From Leptolyngbyaceae cyanobacterium (lineage in GTDB: Bacteria > Cyanobacteriota > Cyanobacteriia > Phormidesmidales > Phormidesmidaceae): DNA of 64,000 bases. The DNA lies in assembly GCA_965263355.1 (NCBI GenBank), contig CBDHHL010000032.1, positions 3,168,001-3,232,000 of the forward strand, read 5' to 3'. The notes under the pieces are model-generated. The model worked only from the letters and a program-made list of their open reading frames with translations, was not told the origin of the DNA and did not search any database. How positions within the stretch are numbered: the first letter of the stretch is position 1; every line of letters begins with the position of its first letter. Positions 60,043-64,000 of the stretch are shown one piece after another. The translations under genes and the position numbers were made by a program.

Positions 60043-61023
60043 ATGACAGCTGAGCTTCCCATAACCGATATTGCTCCAGATGCCTGGAAACCGAATCGTG
60101 GTCGTTCTGAAACTATTCAGTTGATCATCAAAATTATTTGTGGAGCATTTGCAACGATTTCGATTTTGACCACTATTGGCATTATTGGAACGTTGATTTT
60201 TGAAGCGTTCTCGTTTTTTGGAGACTTGCCAGGTGAGCTTTCGAAGGATGGTGAGCAAGTTTCCTACATTCAAGGTGTTATTCACTTTTTGACTGCTGGG
60301 CGCTGGACCCCTTTGTTTGCCAGTAAGCAGTTTGGGATTTTTGTGTTAATCAGTGCCACGCTGATGATTACTTTTATCTCCATTATTGTGGCGCTTCCCT
60401 TAGGTCTATTGGCGGCTATTTGTTTGAGTGAGTATGCCAGTCCTAAGCTACGCCAAATCCTTAAGCCCGTTCTAGAGATTTTGGCGGGTGTGCCAACGGT
60501 AGTTTATGGCTACTTTGCGCTGTTAACGGTGACTCCGTTTTTGAAGGCATTTTTACCTGTGGAGGGTTTTAACTCCTTAAGTGCAGGCATTGTTTTAGGC
60601 GTTATGATTACGCCGATGGTGGCTTCTTTGAGTGAAGACGCTATTTATTCTGTTCCTCAAACCCTGCGAGATGGTTCCTATGCGTTGGGTGGGACTAAGC
60701 GTGAAACGGTTTGGTCCGTTGTGTTGCCTGCTGCTCTCTCCGGTATTGTTTCGTCATTGATTCTGGCGATGTCACGAGCCATTGGTGAGACTATGATTGT
60801 GACCCTGGCAGCTGGTGCAAACCCCACCCTGGGCTTTAATCCATTTGTTCCTGTGATGACTATGACGGCCTACATCGTACAGGTGACTAAGGGGGATGCT
60901 CCTCACGGCACAATTGCCTATGAAACTCTCTACGCCGTGGGTATGACGCTGTTTCTTATTACCCTTGCACTCAACATTTTTAGTTTCTGGTTTGTGCGTC
61001 GCTTCCGTCAAAAGTACGACTAG
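60043..61023 (+). CDS. pstC: Phosphate ABC transporter permease
   Basis: LAGVPTVVYG, SRAIGETM; operon order. Confidence 0.95.
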   Translation: MTAELPITDIAPDAWKPNRGRSETIQLIIKIICGAFATISILTTIGIIGTLIFEAFSFFGDLPGELSKDGEQVSYIQGVIHFLTAGRWTPLFASKQFGIFVLISATLMITFISIIVALPLGLLAAICLSEYASPKLRQILKPVLEILAGVPTVVYGYFALLTVTPFLKAFLPVEGFNSLSAGIVLGVMITPMVASLSEDAIYSVPQTLRDGSYALGGTKRETVWSVVLPAALSGIVSSLILAMSRAIGETMIVTLAAGANPTLGFNPFVPVMTMTAYIVQVTKGDAPHGTIAYETLYAVGMTLFLITLALNIFSFWFVRRFRQKYD

Positions 61024-61098
61024 CGAATTTGGCAAGGTTTTGTTGGCTTAGGTCATTTGGGCAGTAGTAGGGAAATTGAGCAAATAGGAATAAAGGAT

Positions 61099-62007
61099 AT
61101 GACGGCTCAAGGGATTGACAGTAAGGATGTAGCGATTGGCAACTTTAAGCAAAATTTGTCGGGTCGCTATAACTTGGATAGAGTATTTGCGACAGCAGCC
61201 TGGACCGCAACTATTATTGCTGTTCTGGTATTGGCATGGTTGTTGTTCACAATTTTGAAGGACGGTTTAGGAACTATAAACTGGAACTTTTTTAATGCTT
61301 TTCCGTCTCGGAAGGCTGAACAAGCGGGTATTAAGCCAGCGTTCTTTGGTACTTTGTGGCTAATGGCGGTTGTGGCAGCCACATCTTTCCCTATTGGGGT
61401 GGGCTCGGCTATCTATTTAGAGGAATTTGCCACTGATAACTGGTTTAGTCGCCTAGTGGAAATCAACATTGGTAACTTGGCAGGCGTGCCTTCTATCATT
61501 TATGGTTTGCTGGGTTTGGCTGTCTTTAAGCGAATTATGGAGCCAATTACAGGGGGGAATAGCGTACTCTCTGGTGGCTTGACGCTGTCATTGTTAATCT
61601 TGCCGGTCATTATTGTGGCAACACGAGAAGCGCTGAGGGCCGTGCCAAACAGCATTCGTCTCGCGGGGTTTGCTCTGGGGGCTAATAAGTGGCAGGTTAT
61701 TTGGAACCATGTTTTGCCCAGTGCTATGCCTGGGGTTTTGACAGGGGTGATTCTGGCATTATCCCGTGCAATTGGCGAAACAGCTCCCTTAATCGCCATT
61801 GGTGCAGTTGCGTTTATTCGTTCTACGCCTAGCAGTTTACAGAGCCCGTTTACGGCGATGCCGATTCAAATTTATAACTGGGTTGGCCGTCCTCAGGCTG
61901 AGTTCCACAGTATTGCGGCATCTGGAATTATTGTGCTGATGGTGATGTTGTTGCTGATGAATACCATTGCTATCTATTTCCGTAATCGTTTCCAACAAAC
62001 ACGGTAG
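61099..62007 (+). CDS. pstA: Phosphate ABC transporter permease
   Basis: [21 protein letters not shown]. Confidence 0.95.
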   Translation: MTAQGIDSKDVAIGNFKQNLSGRYNLDRVFATAAWTATIIAVLVLAWLLFTILKDGLGTINWNFFNAFPSRKAEQAGIKPAFFGTLWLMAVVAATSFPIGVGSAIYLEEFATDNWFSRLVEINIGNLAGVPSIIYGLLGLAVFKRIMEPITGGNSVLSGGLTLSLLILPVIIVATREALRAVPNSIRLAGFALGANKWQVIWNHVLPSAMPGVLTGVILALSRAIGETAPLIAIGAVAFIRSTPSSLQSPFTAMPIQIYNWVGRPQAEFHSIAASGIIVLMVMLLLMNTIAIYFRNRFQQTR

Positions 62008-62069
62008 CTGTTGCTGCAACTACAGTTGCCATTTTTTCGACATTGGGTACTAGCAGGAATACTAAGACT

Positions 62070-62867
62070 ATGCAAGACACACGTCCTCAAACAATGACTG
62101 ATACGGCGTTAAAGGCTGAAAAAATCTCGGTTTACTACGGTTCTACCTTGGCAGTAAAGGATGTTTTCCTAGACATTCCCCGCAATCAAATTGTGGCTTT
62201 TATTGGTCCGTCTGGATGTGGTAAGAGTACTGTTCTACGTTGCTTTAACCGCATGAATGACTTGATCCCTAGCGCTCGTGTCGAGGGCAACATTCTGTTT
62301 GATGGAGAAGATATCAAGCGGTTTGATCCTGTGGAGCTGCGTCGTCGGGTAGGCATGGTGTTTCAGAAGCCTAATCCCTTTCCCAAATCTATTTACGAAA
62401 ATATTGCTTTTGGTGCTCGTATTAATGGTTACCAGGGTGATATGGATGAGCTGGTAGAGCGTTCTCTAAAGGGTGCAGCTCTTTGGGATGAAGTCAAGGA
62501 TAAGCTTAAAGAAAGTGGTCTTGGTTTATCTGGTGGTCAGCAGCAGCGTTTGTGTATTGCTCGTGCGATCGCAATCGAACCTGAGGTTATTCTCATGGAC
62601 GAACCCTGTTCTGCCTTAGACCCCATTTCTACCCTGAAAGTTGAAGAGCTGATGCATGATCTGAAGACGCAGTACACGATTGTGATTGTGACTCATAACA
62701 TGCAGCAAGCGTCTCGTGTGTCAGACAAGACGGCGTTTTTCAATGCTCAGGCCACTGAAGCTGGCGGTAAGATGGGTTACCTGGTTGAGTACGACGATAC
62801 CCAGGTTATCTTTAGCAACCCTCGCGAAGAGTATACCCGCGATTATGTGTCTGGCCGATTTGGTTAA
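62070..62867 (+). CDS. pstB: Phosphate ABC transporter ATPase
   Basis: [43 protein letters not shown]. Confidence 0.97.
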   Translation: MQDTRPQTMTDTALKAEKISVYYGSTLAVKDVFLDIPRNQIVAFIGPSGCGKSTVLRCFNRMNDLIPSARVEGNILFDGEDIKRFDPVELRRRVGMVFQKPNPFPKSIYENIAFGARINGYQGDMDELVERSLKGAALWDEVKDKLKESGLGLSGGQQQRLCIARAIAIEPEVILMDEPCSALDPISTLKVEELMHDLKTQYTIVIVTHNMQQASRVSDKTAFFNAQATEAGGKMGYLVEYDDTQVIFSNPREEYTRDYVSGRFG

Positions 62868-62956
62868 TTAACTGATTTGGTTTGGATATCATCTATCGTT
62901 AAAACGTTGCAAAAATTTTTGTAGGGGTGCTCTTTGTGGGTACCCTGTTTTTTTGA

Positions 62957-63002
62957 GTTATTTCAGTAGGGGCATTGCATGCAATGCCCCTACTGAAATA
63001 AC
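62957..63002. repeat. Perfect 46-bp palindrome with a GTAG REP core
   Basis: gttatttcagtaggggcattgca|tgcaatgcccctactgaaataac. Confidence 0.9.
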
Positions 63003-64000
63003 AAAATGCCTGTCTGTAGTAGGCCAATGGTCAATCCCAGAATTCCCCCAAGGTTAACAATGGCTTGTAGCTCATTGCGGACAATACCTTGAATGGCCAT
63101 TTCCAGGTTACGGGGCGATGTGGCGGTGACTCGGTCCATGATCACCTGATCGATATCAAGAATAGGGATAGCTTTAGCAACGATATTTTCTAAGTCTTCT
63201 TCTAAATATCGTTCTAGAATTAAGGCCATTTCTTGGCTAGCAGTATCCAAAGACTCCATCACTACTGGAGAGGTTTGTAACCGTTTAAGCAGCCGTTGGG
63301 CTACCTTTTGCCAATTGATGGAATCACTCAGCCCTTTAAACAGGGGGACTCCATCAGTTTGTAAATAGTTGCGAATAGTTTCACGTAGTGTGGTTCTTAA
63401 CTGTTGAACAGTCGATATAGGCAACTCCTGCAGGGAGAAATTTTGTAGCCATTCTTGAAACCGATTTTCCACTCGCAGAGCGGTAATCAGTTCAGAAACT
63501 CGATTATTGCATTTGGTTGGTTCATCGAGACAGTAGGTGCGCAAACGGGTGAGCGCATTGCGAACGCCAAAAATATTGGCGACTACCCAATAGGTGCCGC
63601 TAGTTTTCTCCCGTAGAGTTTCGTCGATCACCTTGATATTACGATCGGTAAGAAAATCTATGATCAATCGACGTAGACGGTCAGGCGGCACAATGCCTTG
63701 ACGTACCCAGATAGATATTTGTTTAGCCTGATCTTCGCTAAGACGAAAGTTCAGCAGTACCTGATCAAAAATATGGTCAATTTGGTCAGCGAGAAAATTT
63801 TCATCTTTGGCCCATACTTTCAGCATTTTGGGTAATGATTGGCCCAGCATGTCCTGGAGAATATTGCCGAGAATGTGGGCGGTTTTATCTTGATTAGAGG
63901 TTTGGGTTTGGGTGAGTGCTAAGTCTAATAACCAGCGAATAGCCCCTTCCATCCGTTCGGTTTTGAGTAGCCGTTTGGCTAGACGCTGTAACTCCTCTGG
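62990..64000 (-). CDS. DUF445 family protein (5' end outside the window)
   Basis: Frame is open to the window edge ([12 protein letters not shown]...); C-terminal [15 protein letters not shown]. Confidence 0.85.
   Translation of the reverse strand, partial: PEELQRLAKRLLKTERMEGAIRWLLDLALTQTQTSNQDKTAHILGNILQDMLGQSLPKMLKVWAKDENFLADQIDHIFDQVLLNFRLSEDQAKQISIWVRQGIVPPDRLRRLIIDFLTDRNIKVIDETLREKTSGTYWVVANIFGVRNALTRLRTYCLDEPTKCNNRVSELITALRVENRFQEWLQNFSLQELPISTVQQLRTTLRETIRNYLQTDGVPLFKGLSDSINWQKVAQRLLKRLQTSPVVMESLDTASQEMALILERYLEEDLENIVAKAIPILDIDQVIMDRVTATSPRNLEMAIQGIVRNELQAIVNLGGILGLTIGLLQTGILLFQ

Larger units (their letters stand above)
3425..62572. repeat. HIP1 octamer GCGATCGC, dispersed (at least 22 copies)
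   Basis: Copies at e.g. 3425, 4997, 7762, 15406, 18501, 19744, 28322, 34823, 44655, 53563, 62565; cyanobacterial signature. Confidence 0.9.

Overview
A 64-kb chromosomal segment from a cyanobacterium, probably a marine Leptolyngbyaceae-type organism. Evidence: at least 22 HIP1 GCGATCGC octamers counted by eye, the ndhF3-ndhD3-cupA-cupS CO2-uptake operon, CRR7 and the Ni-SOD genes sodN/sodX. Most of the window is housekeeping (mraY, ribF, scpB, a Deg protease, acnB, sir, mscS, an LCP protein, pstSCAB). An accessory stretch at about 13.2-29 kb holds the unusual content. (i) A mirror-symmetric six-gene locus (13204-18083): two paralogous PAS-like/LuxR regulators bracket an SMI1/KNR4 protein and three uncharacterised proteins sharing a beta-rich C-terminal domain, and a W-x10-W-[ML]-x-x-Q motif links the SMI1 protein to its neighbour. 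This is the best candidate for an undescribed system. (ii) An ISAs1 element that truncates a DUF4255/Pvc16-like contractile-injection-system gene and has no target duplication. (iii) A eukaryote-type EndoU ribonuclease fused to a lamin-tail domain. (iv) A Panacea/SocA antitoxin paired with an uncharacterised putative toxin. Also seen: an isolated attC-like site, several REP-like palindromes and an internally deleted methyltransferase. No rRNA, tRNA or CRISPR array was recognised. All family assignments come from motif recognition by eye; no searches were run.
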